From NCBI GenBank assembly GCA_964355645.1, contig CAYHDI010000003.1, forward strand, positions 887-64,886: DNA of 64,000 nucleotides, written 5' to 3'. A model generated the notes under the pieces. That model was not told the DNA's origin, searched no databases, and worked only from the letters and a program-made list of their open reading frames with translations. Positions 26,861-36,049 of this stretch are shown here, piece by piece. The position numbers and the translations under genes were made by a program. Each line of letters starts with the position of its first letter. Positions within the stretch are counted from its first letter, which is position 1. The DNA comes from an uncultured Candidatus Saccharibacteria bacterium. GTDB lineage: Bacteria; Patescibacteriota; Minisyncoccia; Phycocordibacterales; Zambryskibacteraceae.

Positions 26861-28595
26861 TCTTTCTGTTTTTAATTTCTTCCTTAAGTTTAGAAACTAA
26901 TTCTTCAGCAGACATTTGGCCGAGGTTACCGTTGTCTCTTGATTCGAGAGTGATCTTGTTGGCTTCGATTTCTTTGTCTCCAATCACAATCCAATACGGA
27001 AGTTTTTGATTCTTCGCCTCGCGGACTTTACCTCCGAGGTTTTCATCCTCACCATCAAATTCTGCGCGGATATTATTTTCTTTTAATAGATTGAAAACTT
27101 TTTCGGCATATTCGGTGTGATTCGTGCGGACAGGAATGACTTTCACTTGCACAGGTGCGAGCCAGAGAGGGAAGTTGCCAGCGAAGCTTTCAATGAGAAT
27201 CATAATAAACCTTTCAGGAGAACCGATGATGGCCCGATGGAGCATCACAGGTCTCTTTTCTTGGCCATCCTTGTCTGTGTATTTCAAATCAAATCTTTCA
27301 GGCATGACGAAATCAATTTGAACTGTAGAAAGTTGCCATTCTCTCCCGAGGGCATCAGTCACGAGCAAATCCATTTTCGGAGCATAGAAAGCGGCCTCAC
27401 CAGGGCCATCAACATATTCAATCTTGTTGCGCTTCATAATGTCTTCAGCCCATTTCTCTACTCTATCCCATGTTTTCGGATCACCGAGATAACTATCAAG
27501 TTTCTTCGGATCTCTAGTCGACAATCTGTATTTATATTTAAAACCGAAAGTCTCCATCACTTTCTTCGTCATACTCAGGGCCGTATCTACTTCAAAATCA
27601 ACCTGATCTTCTCTACAGAATATGTGGCAATCATCTTGAGAAAATGAACGCACTCGAGCCAGTCCACTCAACTCTCCCGGTCGTTCATCTCGATAAAGCA
27701 TGGCGAAATCCGTGTAGCGTAGAGGCAAATCTCTGTAGCTTCTCGGCTGGCTCGCATAAATTTGGGTATGTTGGGGACAATTCATCGGCTTCAAAAAGAA
27801 TTCCTCGTCAGAATAATTTGAAACCACTCTGAACATATCGTCTTTGTATTTGTTGTAGTGTCCAGAGATTTTGAATAATTCGGCCTTGGCAATTTGTGGA
27901 GTCCACACTTGCGTATAACCTTCTTTCGTTTGCAATTCTTCAATATATTCATTCAACAGTCTGCGAATCAAAGCTCCGCGTGGAGTGTACAAAGGCAAAC
28001 CACTCCCTATGTGTTCAGAAAAGGTAAACAAATCAAGTTCCTTACCCAATTTTCGGTGATCACGTTTCCTCGCTTCATCCTGTTGGGTCTCATAAGTCTC
28101 TAATTCTTCTTTGGTATCAAAAGCCAATCCATAAATACGCGTGAGCATTTTGTTCTTCTCATCTCCACGCCAATATGCACCGGCTACGCGCGAAAGTTTG
28201 AAGGCATCCATAGAAACATTTTTCATATCATCCACATGTCCTCCTCGGCAAAGGTCAGTAAATTTGCCTGATGTATAAAGAGTGATGGGTTCACCTTTAG
28301 AAACAATTTCATCTATAAGTTCAAGTTTATAAGGATTCCCCTTGAAAACTTCCTTGGCTTCCTTTTCAGTCACATCTTTCTTTTCGAAACTCGTCCAAGT
28401 ATTCGAAAGCTTTTTCATTTTCTTTTCTATGTCTTTCAGAGCACTCTCTGGTAGTGGGGAAGAGAATTCAAAGTCGTAGTAAAAGCCATTCTCAATAGCT
28501 GGCCCAATAGTATTTTTGGTATCCGGATAAAGCTCTAAAACCGCCGCCGCAAGTAGGTGGGCCAAGGAGTGCCGTTTGTTTTCTATATCATTCAT
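26844..28595 (-). CDS. thrS: Threonine--tRNA ligase (N-terminally short)
   Basis: RHSLAHLLAAAV start, class II catalytic and C-terminal anticodon-binding domains; convergently overlaps gyrB 3' end by 17 nt. Confidence 0.9.
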   Translation of the reverse strand: MNDIENKRHSLAHLLAAAVLELYPDTKNTIGPAIENGFYYDFEFSSPLPESALKDIEKKMKKLSNTWTSFEKKDVTEKEAKEVFKGNPYKLELIDEIVSKGEPITLYTSGKFTDLCRGGHVDDMKNVSMDAFKLSRVAGAYWRGDEKNKMLTRIYGLAFDTKEELETYETQQDEARKRDHRKLGKELDLFTFSEHIGSGLPLYTPRGALIRRLLNEYIEELQTKEGYTQVWTPQIAKAELFKISGHYNKYKDDMFRVVSNYSDEEFFLKPMNCPQHTQIYASQPRSYRDLPLRYTDFAMLYRDERPGELSGLARVRSFSQDDCHIFCREDQVDFEVDTALSMTKKVMETFGFKYKYRLSTRDPKKLDSYLGDPKTWDRVEKWAEDIMKRNKIEYVDGPGEAAFYAPKMDLLVTDALGREWQLSTVQIDFVMPERFDLKYTDKDGQEKRPVMLHRAIIGSPERFIMILIESFAGNFPLWLAPVQVKVIPVRTNHTEYAEKVFNLLKENNIRAEFDGEDENLGGKVREAKNQKLPYWIVIGDKEIEANKITLESRDNGNLGQMSAEELVSKLKEEIKNRKITHQS

Positions 28596-28631
28596 TGGTC
28601 TATCTTATCAATAAATTGACCCGTTTCAAAG

Positions 28632-31600
28632 CTATAAAGCTTTGATTTTGTCGGCAATTAAACTAGTCTCGCCGTTGCGTTTGGAAACTTTGCCTTTGAT
28701 AGCAATACACGCTTCTGGAATTATAAAAGATCTAAATTCATCAAAAATTCTCGGGAAGACGACCACATCAATTTTGCCAGTAAAGTCTGAGACTTCGATG
28801 AAAACCATACGTTCATTCTTCTTGGTCAACACATCACGAATATTTTCAATAATTCCTCCGATGACCACGATGTCTCCTTCTTTTAAATCATTTAATCTCT
28901 TTATATTTGTATCTTTGGTTTCAAGTTTGTCTTTGTAAGCTTCAAGCGGGTGTCCGGAAATATAAAGTCCGAGCAAATCTTTCTCCCATTTCAATTTGTC
29001 AGTTTTCGAAGCCAGAGGTGCATCAGTCAGACGAAGAGTAGGAAGAGTTGAGGTATCAGACATCAAACCGAAGAGCGAATCTTGTCCATCGGGTTTGTTT
29101 AATCGTTCTCTGTTGTAGGCGAGAAGATTTTCTATGTTTGCATCAAGAATTCCTCGGTCACCAAATTCGTCCATGGCCCCCGAACGAATCAAGGCCTCGA
29201 GAGATTTCTTGTTCAAATTTTTGTCTTTCACTCGATCAAGAAAATCTGAAAGTGATTCAAATTTACCCCCTCGTTTACGTTCCTCGATGATAGAAGTAGA
29301 AATACCCTGGCCAAAGTTTTTTATAGTAGTTAATCCGAAGCGAATTTTGTGAGGATGAGAATCTTTCACCACGGTAAACTGCGAGAAACTTTCATTGACT
29401 GATGGAGGCAGAACTTCAATACCCATCCGTTTGCACTCATTAATCATGATTCCAATCCTTTCGACATCTCCCGAATCAGCGGTCAAAACTGCGGACATAT
29501 ATATGGCAGGGAAGTTTGCCTTGAGATACGCGGTCTGATAGGCAGTGAAGCCGTAGCTTGCGGCGTGAGCTTTGTTGAATCCATAGCCCTGAAACGGTTC
29601 GAAAAGGTTCCAAAGTTCTTCAGCCTTCGATTTGCTCATTCCTCCGTGGGTCATACAGCCCTCAACGAAAATCACATGTTGCTTGGCCATCTCTTTCGGA
29701 ATTTTCTTGCCAACCGCCTTGCGAAATTTATCCACTTCACTCCAGGTATATCCAGCTACTTCTATGGCCGTCATCAAAAGATCGTCTTGATAAACCAACA
29801 CCCCATACGTGGTATCAAGGAATTTTTTCATTTTTGGGTGAGGATAAGTCACCGGCTTTTTCCCGTGCTTGCGTTTGATGTATTCGTTGATGTTGTCCAT
29901 GGGGCCAGGACGATAAAGAGCTACCATCACGTTGATATCGTGAATAGAAGTGGGTTTAAGTTCCATCAAGGATTTGGTCATACCTGGTCCATTCAGCTGA
30001 AATGTACCTTCAGTTTCTCCTCGGGAAAGCATTTGAAAAGTTTTCTTGTCATCCAGCGGAATTCTTTCTATGTCTACATCTTGCCCATCGATTTTTTTTA
30101 TACGTTCTACTGCGTCGGCAATAATAGAAAGATTTTTAATTCCCAGAAAATCAAATTTAAGTAGACCCACCCCGTTTTCGTCTATGGAGTACATGTCGTA
30201 TTGAGTGATGATTTTGTTTTCGCCTTTGGTATCAAATTGAAGGGGGGTGTAATCAGTCATCGGCCCCGGAGAAATCACCACCCCAGCGGCGTGTACAGAA
30301 ATGTGTCGAGCATTGCCCTCGATTTTCTTGGCCATATTAATAATGGTTTGCGTTTCCATATCTTCATCAAACAACTTTTTCAAATCAGGATTCTCTTTCA
30401 TCGCCCGGTCGAGGGTCATGGGAAATCCTTGAGCGCCTAAAGGGATCATCTTGGCAATCCTATCTCCCACTGCATATGCAAAGTTCATAGCTCGGGCTAC
30501 ATCACGAACCGCTCCTCTAGCCATCATTGTTCCGAAGGTACCGATTTGAGCCACATGATCTGACCCATACTTTTTCTTGGCATATTCAATCATTTCATCT
30601 CTACGATTATCCGCGAAGTCCATATCAATATCCGGCGCAGACGGCCTGTCCGGATTTAAAAAACGCTCGAAGGGTAATTTGTATTCGATTGGGTTAACGT
30701 TTGTGATTTGAGCCAAATAAGTGACCATAGAACCAGCCACGGAACCTCTGATGTTCGTGAAAATGCCGTGGCTATGAGCATAATTCAGAAGGTCTCCAAC
30801 CACGAGAAAATAAGGAGAATAGCCTTTGTCTTTAATTATTTTCAATTCATATTCCACACGATCCAAAGCCACTTTCTCTTTCGCCACCCCTCGGCGTTCG
30901 AAGCCCTTATAAACCAAATCTCGAAGTTCTTTGTCTGCCGTTCGACCATTTTCAATAATATAATTTGGGAAAGCCCATGAACCCAATTTAAGTTCGAGAT
31001 TGCACATGTCGGCAATCTTTTTAGTATTATCAAGGGCTTCGGGAATATGTTTGAAATATTTCACCGCTGTTTCAGGGCTAATGAAAGAAAAATCTTCCTC
31101 GTTTCCATCAAAACTATTTGTCACTTCTTTGCCCAAATGGCCTTGGATAGAAAGGACGACTTCTCGGACAGATTTATCTTCGGGCTCAAGATAATAAACA
31201 TCATGAGAAGCCATGATAGGAGTATTTGTTTTCTTGGCCAGTTTGATTAGTTCCTTCTGTCCTTCCTCGTGGCCATTTATTTCTGGATGATGAGTAATCT
31301 CTATGTAGAATTTGTCGGGGCCGAAAATCTTTTTGTACGAGGAAATGATTTCTTCATTTTTTTCTTTTGAAAATGATGGGAAGAGAGCAATCAGTCCTTC
31401 GTGATGTTTTTCCAAAAGTTCTTTATCAACACGAGGTTTATAATAAAATCCTTCGAGGTATGAAGCCGTTACTATCTTCATCAGATTTTTATAACCAGTT
31501 TCGTTTTCTACCAGAAGTACGAGTCGTGAACGAGTATTGTCAATGCGAGCTTCTTTGTCCAATCTTCCCCGCTTGGCCACATAAGCATCCACACCGATAA

Positions 31601-31787
31601 TGGGTTTGATATCTTGGGCTCGGCATTCTTTATAAAATTCTATAGCTCCGTATAGATTGCCCGAATCGGTCAGGGCCAATGCCTCCATCCCAAAATCCTT
31701 GGCTCGCTTCACTAAATCAGGGATTTTCGGCAAAGCTTCCAAGAGAGAATAATGGCTGTGAGTGTGGAGGTGGACAAATCGCTTCAT
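28632..31787 (-). CDS. dnaE: DNA polymerase III alpha subunit
   Basis: PHP domain MKRFVHLHTHSHYSLL; polymerase core; ~1050 aa; start taken at MKRFVHLH. Confidence 0.9.
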   Translation of the reverse strand: MKRFVHLHTHSHYSLLEALPKIPDLVKRAKDFGMEALALTDSGNLYGAIEFYKECRAQDIKPIIGVDAYVAKRGRLDKEARIDNTRSRLVLLVENETGYKNLMKIVTASYLEGFYYKPRVDKELLEKHHEGLIALFPSFSKEKNEEIISSYKKIFGPDKFYIEITHHPEINGHEEGQKELIKLAKKTNTPIMASHDVYYLEPEDKSVREVVLSIQGHLGKEVTNSFDGNEEDFSFISPETAVKYFKHIPEALDNTKKIADMCNLELKLGSWAFPNYIIENGRTADKELRDLVYKGFERRGVAKEKVALDRVEYELKIIKDKGYSPYFLVVGDLLNYAHSHGIFTNIRGSVAGSMVTYLAQITNVNPIEYKLPFERFLNPDRPSAPDIDMDFADNRRDEMIEYAKKKYGSDHVAQIGTFGTMMARGAVRDVARAMNFAYAVGDRIAKMIPLGAQGFPMTLDRAMKENPDLKKLFDEDMETQTIINMAKKIEGNARHISVHAAGVVISPGPMTDYTPLQFDTKGENKIITQYDMYSIDENGVGLLKFDFLGIKNLSIIADAVERIKKIDGQDVDIERIPLDDKKTFQMLSRGETEGTFQLNGPGMTKSLMELKPTSIHDINVMVALYRPGPMDNINEYIKRKHGKKPVTYPHPKMKKFLDTTYGVLVYQDDLLMTAIEVAGYTWSEVDKFRKAVGKKIPKEMAKQHVIFVEGCMTHGGMSKSKAEELWNLFEPFQGYGFNKAHAASYGFTAYQTAYLKANFPAIYMSAVLTADSGDVERIGIMINECKRMGIEVLPPSVNESFSQFTVVKDSHPHKIRFGLTTIKNFGQGISTSIIEERKRGGKFESLSDFLDRVKDKNLNKKSLEALIRSGAMDEFGDRGILDANIENLLAYNRERLNKPDGQDSLFGLMSDTSTLPTLRLTDAPLASKTDKLKWEKDLLGLYISGHPLEAYKDKLETKDTNIKRLNDLKEGDIVVIGGIIENIRDVLTKKNERMVFIEVSDFTGKIDVVVFPRIFDEFRSFIIPEACIAIKGKVSKRNGETSLIADKIKAL

Positions 31788-31805
31788 AAGGTCATTATAA
31801 TACAA

Positions 31806-32396
31806 ATGAGATATATAGTCGGCATTGACGAAGCTGGGAGAGGGCCGCTTGCCGGACCGGTGGCTGTAGGGGCAGTTCGAATCAATACTGATTTCAATAA
31901 GCGATTTTTTAAGGGTATAAAAGATTCTAAAAAATTATCTGAAGAAAAACGAGAACTCTGGTTCAATCTGGCGATTGAGGCGCAAAGAAAAAAGGGATTT
32001 GAGTTTGCTGTTGCATTGATTTCAGAAAAAATTATAGACAAACATGGGATTGCTTATGCTATTCGTTTGGGGATAAAGAGATGTTTGATTAAATTGAAAG
32101 TTTCTGATAATTCGAAAATATTTTTAGACGGTGGAATCAAAGCCCCAGAAAATTTTCTTCATCAAACTACGATTATAAAAGGGGATGAGAAGATTCCAGT
32201 CATTTCCCTCGCTTCAATTTGCGCGAAAGTTACTAGAGATAGGTTTATGATTAAGCTTTCCAAAAAATATCCGCAGTATAATTTTCATATTCACAAAGGT
32301 TATGGCACCCTTATGCACCGCAAGCTTATAAAGAAACACGGTCCGAGTCCAGCGCATCGCAAAAGCTTTTTGAAGAATTTCAAACGAAAGTCTTGA
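31806..32396 (+). CDS. rnhB: Ribonuclease HII
   Basis: MRYIVGIDEAGRGPLAGPV catalytic N-terminus; only 18 bp from divergent dnaE start. Confidence 0.85.
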   Translation: MRYIVGIDEAGRGPLAGPVAVGAVRINTDFNKRFFKGIKDSKKLSEEKRELWFNLAIEAQRKKGFEFAVALISEKIIDKHGIAYAIRLGIKRCLIKLKVSDNSKIFLDGGIKAPENFLHQTTIIKGDEKIPVISLASICAKVTRDRFMIKLSKKYPQYNFHIHKGYGTLMHRKLIKKHGPSPAHRKSFLKNFKRKS

Positions 32397-32476
32397 CTAT
32401 TTTGCCATAATATGCTAGGATAATAAATAGAAATCCGGATTCGCCCGGATAAATTTGTCTCTAATTCGGAGGGGCC

Positions 32477-32944
32477 GTGGCTAGACATTTCGCTGCGGCT
32501 CTTATCCGCCGCAAAGATCCAGTGACTGGTGTGCGTCAAGTGCTTATCATTCACTATTATCCAGTAAGGATATTATCGAATGGCAGGCGAGTAAGAACCG
32601 GTCAATTTCAAATCAAGTTCGCTGGGGGCAAGGGTGAAGGAAACGAAACCCCCAGACAGACGGTTCGACGTGAATGCATACCGGAAACGGGGCTCATCAT
32701 TCGCGGGCACAAAGAGTTCTGTGAACTTGTGATTCCGGATGGTCCCCAGTACTTCTTCCTTGCTGAATTTGATAGATGCAAGGGGAAGTTGCGCACCAAG
32801 ATTTATCACGATCAAAGAGCAGATCTTGGGCCGCCTAGATGGGCGGACGAAGATAAGATTGGACCATTGCTCTTTGGTAATCATGGTGAGGCATTCCGAA
32901 TGTACAAAAAGCAAGAGCTCGAGCTCGCCCAGAATCATATCTGA
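32477..32944 (+). CDS. NUDIX hydrolase (stand-alone, 155 aa)
   Basis: Nudix box FAGGKGEGNETPRQTVRRECIPETGL; GTG start with GGAGGGG SD; locally elevated GC. Confidence 0.6.
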   Translation: MARHFAAALIRRKDPVTGVRQVLIIHYYPVRILSNGRRVRTGQFQIKFAGGKGEGNETPRQTVRRECIPETGLIIRGHKEFCELVIPDGPQYFFLAEFDRCKGKLRTKIYHDQRADLGPPRWADEDKIGPLLFGNHGEAFRMYKKQELELAQNHI

Positions 32945-33178
32945 GGCGGGCCTTTTCTTTTATAAACATTTTTGCTAAGCTTTCAATATGGTAGTACGAA
33001 TGAGACACACGAGGTCGCAAACAAATCAGAGGCGATCTCATCACGGGCTTTCGAAGCCCGCTTTGACCAAAGACAAATCCGGATCTGTCCATCTTCGACA
33101 TAGGATGGACCCGAAGACCGGAATGTACAAAGGTCGAAAGGTCACAAAGACTAAATAGCATTTCTTGTTCTTTCTCAT

Positions 33179-34093
33179 ATGGCCAACAGACACCTTTCAA
33201 GATCGGTGGTTCTCCAAACACTTTTTGAGTGGGACTTTGATCATGAGAGAAACGATAAGGCGGAACCAATTTTTGAGAGGATATTAGCCGAATTTGCTTC
33301 GGGTTCGAATGATAAACCGTTCATGGAGACTCTTCTTCATACGGTTATAGAAAGAAGAAAAGATATTGATTTGCTTATTGAGAAGGCTGCTCCGGATTGG
33401 CCACTCGAGAAGATTTCCATAGTAGATAGAAATATTTTGCGTATTGGTTTGGCCGAACTTTTGTTTGCAGATAGAGAAGAAGTACCTCCGAAAGTGGCTA
33501 TCAATGAAGCCATAGAGCTGGCCAAGAGCTTTGGAGGAGAAACATCAGGTAGGTTTGTAAACGGTGTTCTCGGTGCTGTTTATAAAGAAATGGGTGAACC
33601 GGGCAAGGATGATAAGCCTCGTCCAAAGAAAAAATACGGCAATGTTCCGGACAGCGAGCTTCCTCTTGAACGCTTGGCTGGCGCAGTGGTCTTCGCCCAT
33701 CATGAAGGAAATATTTATTTGGCTCTGGTGCACGACGTGTTTGGACATTGGACTTTGACCAAAGGCAAGCTCGCCGAAAATGAAACCGAAGAAGAGAGTC
33801 TTGTGCGCAAAGTTCCGATTGAAATCGGTGTGCCGATCAAAGTTGGAGTGAAGCTCGGAGGAAATTCGTATTCCACTTTTCATCCGGAGAAAGGCAAGAT
33901 TCGAAAAGAAACTTCATACTTTCTAGCCGAAGCCCCGTATCAAGATTTAACTTTGGATAATAAGGAAGACAAGGGGGGACTTGATGATGTGAAGTGGTTC
34001 AAATTGGCAGACATTTTGGATTTAAATTTTTATGATGACATTTTGCCTATTGTGACGAAAGCCATCACTCTGCTTGCAGAAAATCATTCGTGA
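33179..34093 (+). CDS. nusB: Transcription antitermination factor NusB fused to a C-terminal NUDIX-like domain
   Basis: NusB core RSVVLQTLFEWDF...ILRIGLAELLF...KVAINEAIELAKSFGGE.SGRFVNGVLG (aa 1-140); C-terminal ~150 aa with Nudix-box-like TKGKLAENETEEESLVRKVPIEIGV. Confidence 0.8.
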   Translation: MANRHLSRSVVLQTLFEWDFDHERNDKAEPIFERILAEFASGSNDKPFMETLLHTVIERRKDIDLLIEKAAPDWPLEKISIVDRNILRIGLAELLFADREEVPPKVAINEAIELAKSFGGETSGRFVNGVLGAVYKEMGEPGKDDKPRPKKKYGNVPDSELPLERLAGAVVFAHHEGNIYLALVHDVFGHWTLTKGKLAENETEEESLVRKVPIEIGVPIKVGVKLGGNSYSTFHPEKGKIRKETSYFLAEAPYQDLTLDNKEDKGGLDDVKWFKLADILDLNFYDDILPIVTKAITLLAENHS

Positions 34094-34798
34094 GTGTATA
34101 CAAAAGCTATGGATTTCAGCAAATTTGAAAAAACAGCGGGAGTGGCATTCAAGGACAAGGCGCTTTTAAAGCAAGCGTTTATTCATCGTTCATATATAAA
34201 CGAGAATCGTTCATCAGGCCTCGAGCACAACGAGCGACTTGAATTCTTGGGTGATGCGGTTCTTGAGCTTGTTATCACAAATTTTCTATACAAAAAATAT
34301 AAGGATATGGATGAAGGTAAACTTACGAGTCTTCGTTCAGCTCTGGTGAATGCTGATACCTGCGCAGAAGTAGCCTCCAAACTTGGAGCCAATGATTTTC
34401 TTCTGCTTTCCAAAGGAGAATCAAAGGATATTGGTCGGGCTAGACAATATATATTAGCCAATACTCTCGAAGCAATTATTGGTGCGATTTATCTTGATCA
34501 AGGATTGGAAGTGGCTGAGAAATTTATTTCAAATCACATCATTCCTCTCACTGAAAATATTGTTGAGAAAGGCACATGGATTGATGCGAAGAGTATGTTT
34601 CAGGAGAAAGCCCAAGAACACGAAGGGACAACGCCGTTGTACAAAACTCTTCATGAATCCGGGCCGGATCACGACAAGAAGTTTACTATTGGGGTCTATG
34701 TGGGCAAAGATTTGGTCGGAGAAGGCAGTGGTCTGAGCAAACAAGACGCTGAACAAGACGCTGCCCGAAATGCTTTGAAAAATAAGGGTTGGAATTAA
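34094..34798 (+). CDS. rnc: Ribonuclease III
   Basis: RNase III signature ERLEFLGDAVLELV, C-terminal dsRBD. Confidence 0.9.
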   Translation: MYTKAMDFSKFEKTAGVAFKDKALLKQAFIHRSYINENRSSGLEHNERLEFLGDAVLELVITNFLYKKYKDMDEGKLTSLRSALVNADTCAEVASKLGANDFLLLSKGESKDIGRARQYILANTLEAIIGAIYLDQGLEVAEKFISNHIIPLTENIVEKGTWIDAKSMFQEKAQEHEGTTPLYKTLHESGPDHDKKFTIGVYVGKDLVGEGSGLSKQDAEQDAARNALKNKGWN

Positions 34799-34883
34799 AA
34801 TCTTACTTTTGCCTCTCAAGGGTTTACATAGACCAAAAAAGGGGTTTACATAGAACCTATTTTTGGTTTACAATGGCTATATT

Positions 34884-35918
34884 ATGGACAAAAACTTATC
34901 TGAAGTTAGAAGATTTATACTAGAAAACATTGAGAATCATTCCTCAGATATAGTGGCTACTGTTGCAAATGAATTTGGTTTTTCTAGACAAAGAGCGCAT
35001 GCATATCTAGTTAGAGAGATAAAAATTGGAAAAATTATTAAAGTTGGCGATCGAAGATGGACGCATTATTTTCTTGCTGGAGGCAAGAAGCTTAACTTTT
35101 CCTCAAAGATTAATAGTTCTGAAAATAAGGACGAAGATAGAGTGTGGGGAAAATACATTAAACCCATGGTGACAAAGTATTCAAGTAATGTAATAAAAAT
35201 ATGTGCTTATGTTTTTACTGAAATTTTTAATAACGCAATAGATCATTCAGGGGGGACTGAGGTATACACCGAATTTGAATTAAAAGATGGTAGTATAAAT
35301 ATTAGCATCCTTGATAATGGAATAGGAATATTTAAAAAAATTCAGGATGCTTTGCACTTAGAATCAAAAAGAGAGGCTATTCTGCACCTATCAAAAGGGA
35401 AATTTACCACCGATCCAAGCAAACACACCGGAGAGGGTATATTTTTTACTTCCAGAATGCTTGACAGTTTTTCTATATTTTCTGATGATTTGTTCTATAC
35501 TTTTAAGGGAAATGATTGGTTTATTTCATCAGAAAGACCTGAGGATTTTGGTAAAGGAACATACATACAAATGGTTTTATCTACAACATCAACAACAGAA
35601 ACCAAGAAGATATTCGATAGATATAAAGATAAGGAAATTGGTTTTGGGAAAACAATAGTTGCCGTGGCTTTAAGTGCAGACCCTGGAGACCCACATGTAT
35701 CAAGATCTCAAGCTAAAAGGCTATTGGTTGGTTTAGAAAAATTCAAAAGAATTGTCTTAGACTTTAAGGGAATTGAATCTGTAGGGCAGGCATTTGTAGA
35801 TGAAGTTTTTCGTGTATTCAGGAATGAACACCCCGCTATAGAAATCAACTACTTTAACACTAACGAAGAAGTTGAATCGATGATTAAAAGAGGAATTTCT
35901 GAAAACAAACTAGTCTAA
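34884..35918 (+). CDS. wHTH - GHKL ATPase - STAS-like (DUF4325-type) fusion protein
   Basis: N-terminal HTH-like segment; GHKL N-box NAIDHSGG, G1 LDNGIGI, G2 GEGIFFTSR; C-terminal RIVLDFKGIESVGQAFVDEVF resembles STAS/anti-anti-sigma fold. Confidence 0.55.
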   Translation: MDKNLSEVRRFILENIENHSSDIVATVANEFGFSRQRAHAYLVREIKIGKIIKVGDRRWTHYFLAGGKKLNFSSKINSSENKDEDRVWGKYIKPMVTKYSSNVIKICAYVFTEIFNNAIDHSGGTEVYTEFELKDGSINISILDNGIGIFKKIQDALHLESKREAILHLSKGKFTTDPSKHTGEGIFFTSRMLDSFSIFSDDLFYTFKGNDWFISSERPEDFGKGTYIQMVLSTTSTTETKKIFDRYKDKEIGFGKTIVAVALSADPGDPHVSRSQAKRLLVGLEKFKRIVLDFKGIESVGQAFVDEVFRVFRNEHPAIEINYFNTNEEVESMIKRGISENKLV

Positions 35919-36049
35919 ATATGCAATCTATCAGGATAGAATTAGGGTCTGCTATAATAATGAGACATGTATCTCGTTAGAAGTAACATTTAATATGAAA
36001 AATTTTAGCTTTATTATTGGAGGTTTTATCAGAAATAACTTCTAACGGG

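Noticed and set aside
32573-33269. Minus-strand ORFs (121 and 144 aa) overlapping the NUDIX gene and the nusB leader
   Set aside because: No homology signal. They overlap a plus-strand gene with a clear Nudix box and RBS; GC-elevated sequence inflates ORF length.
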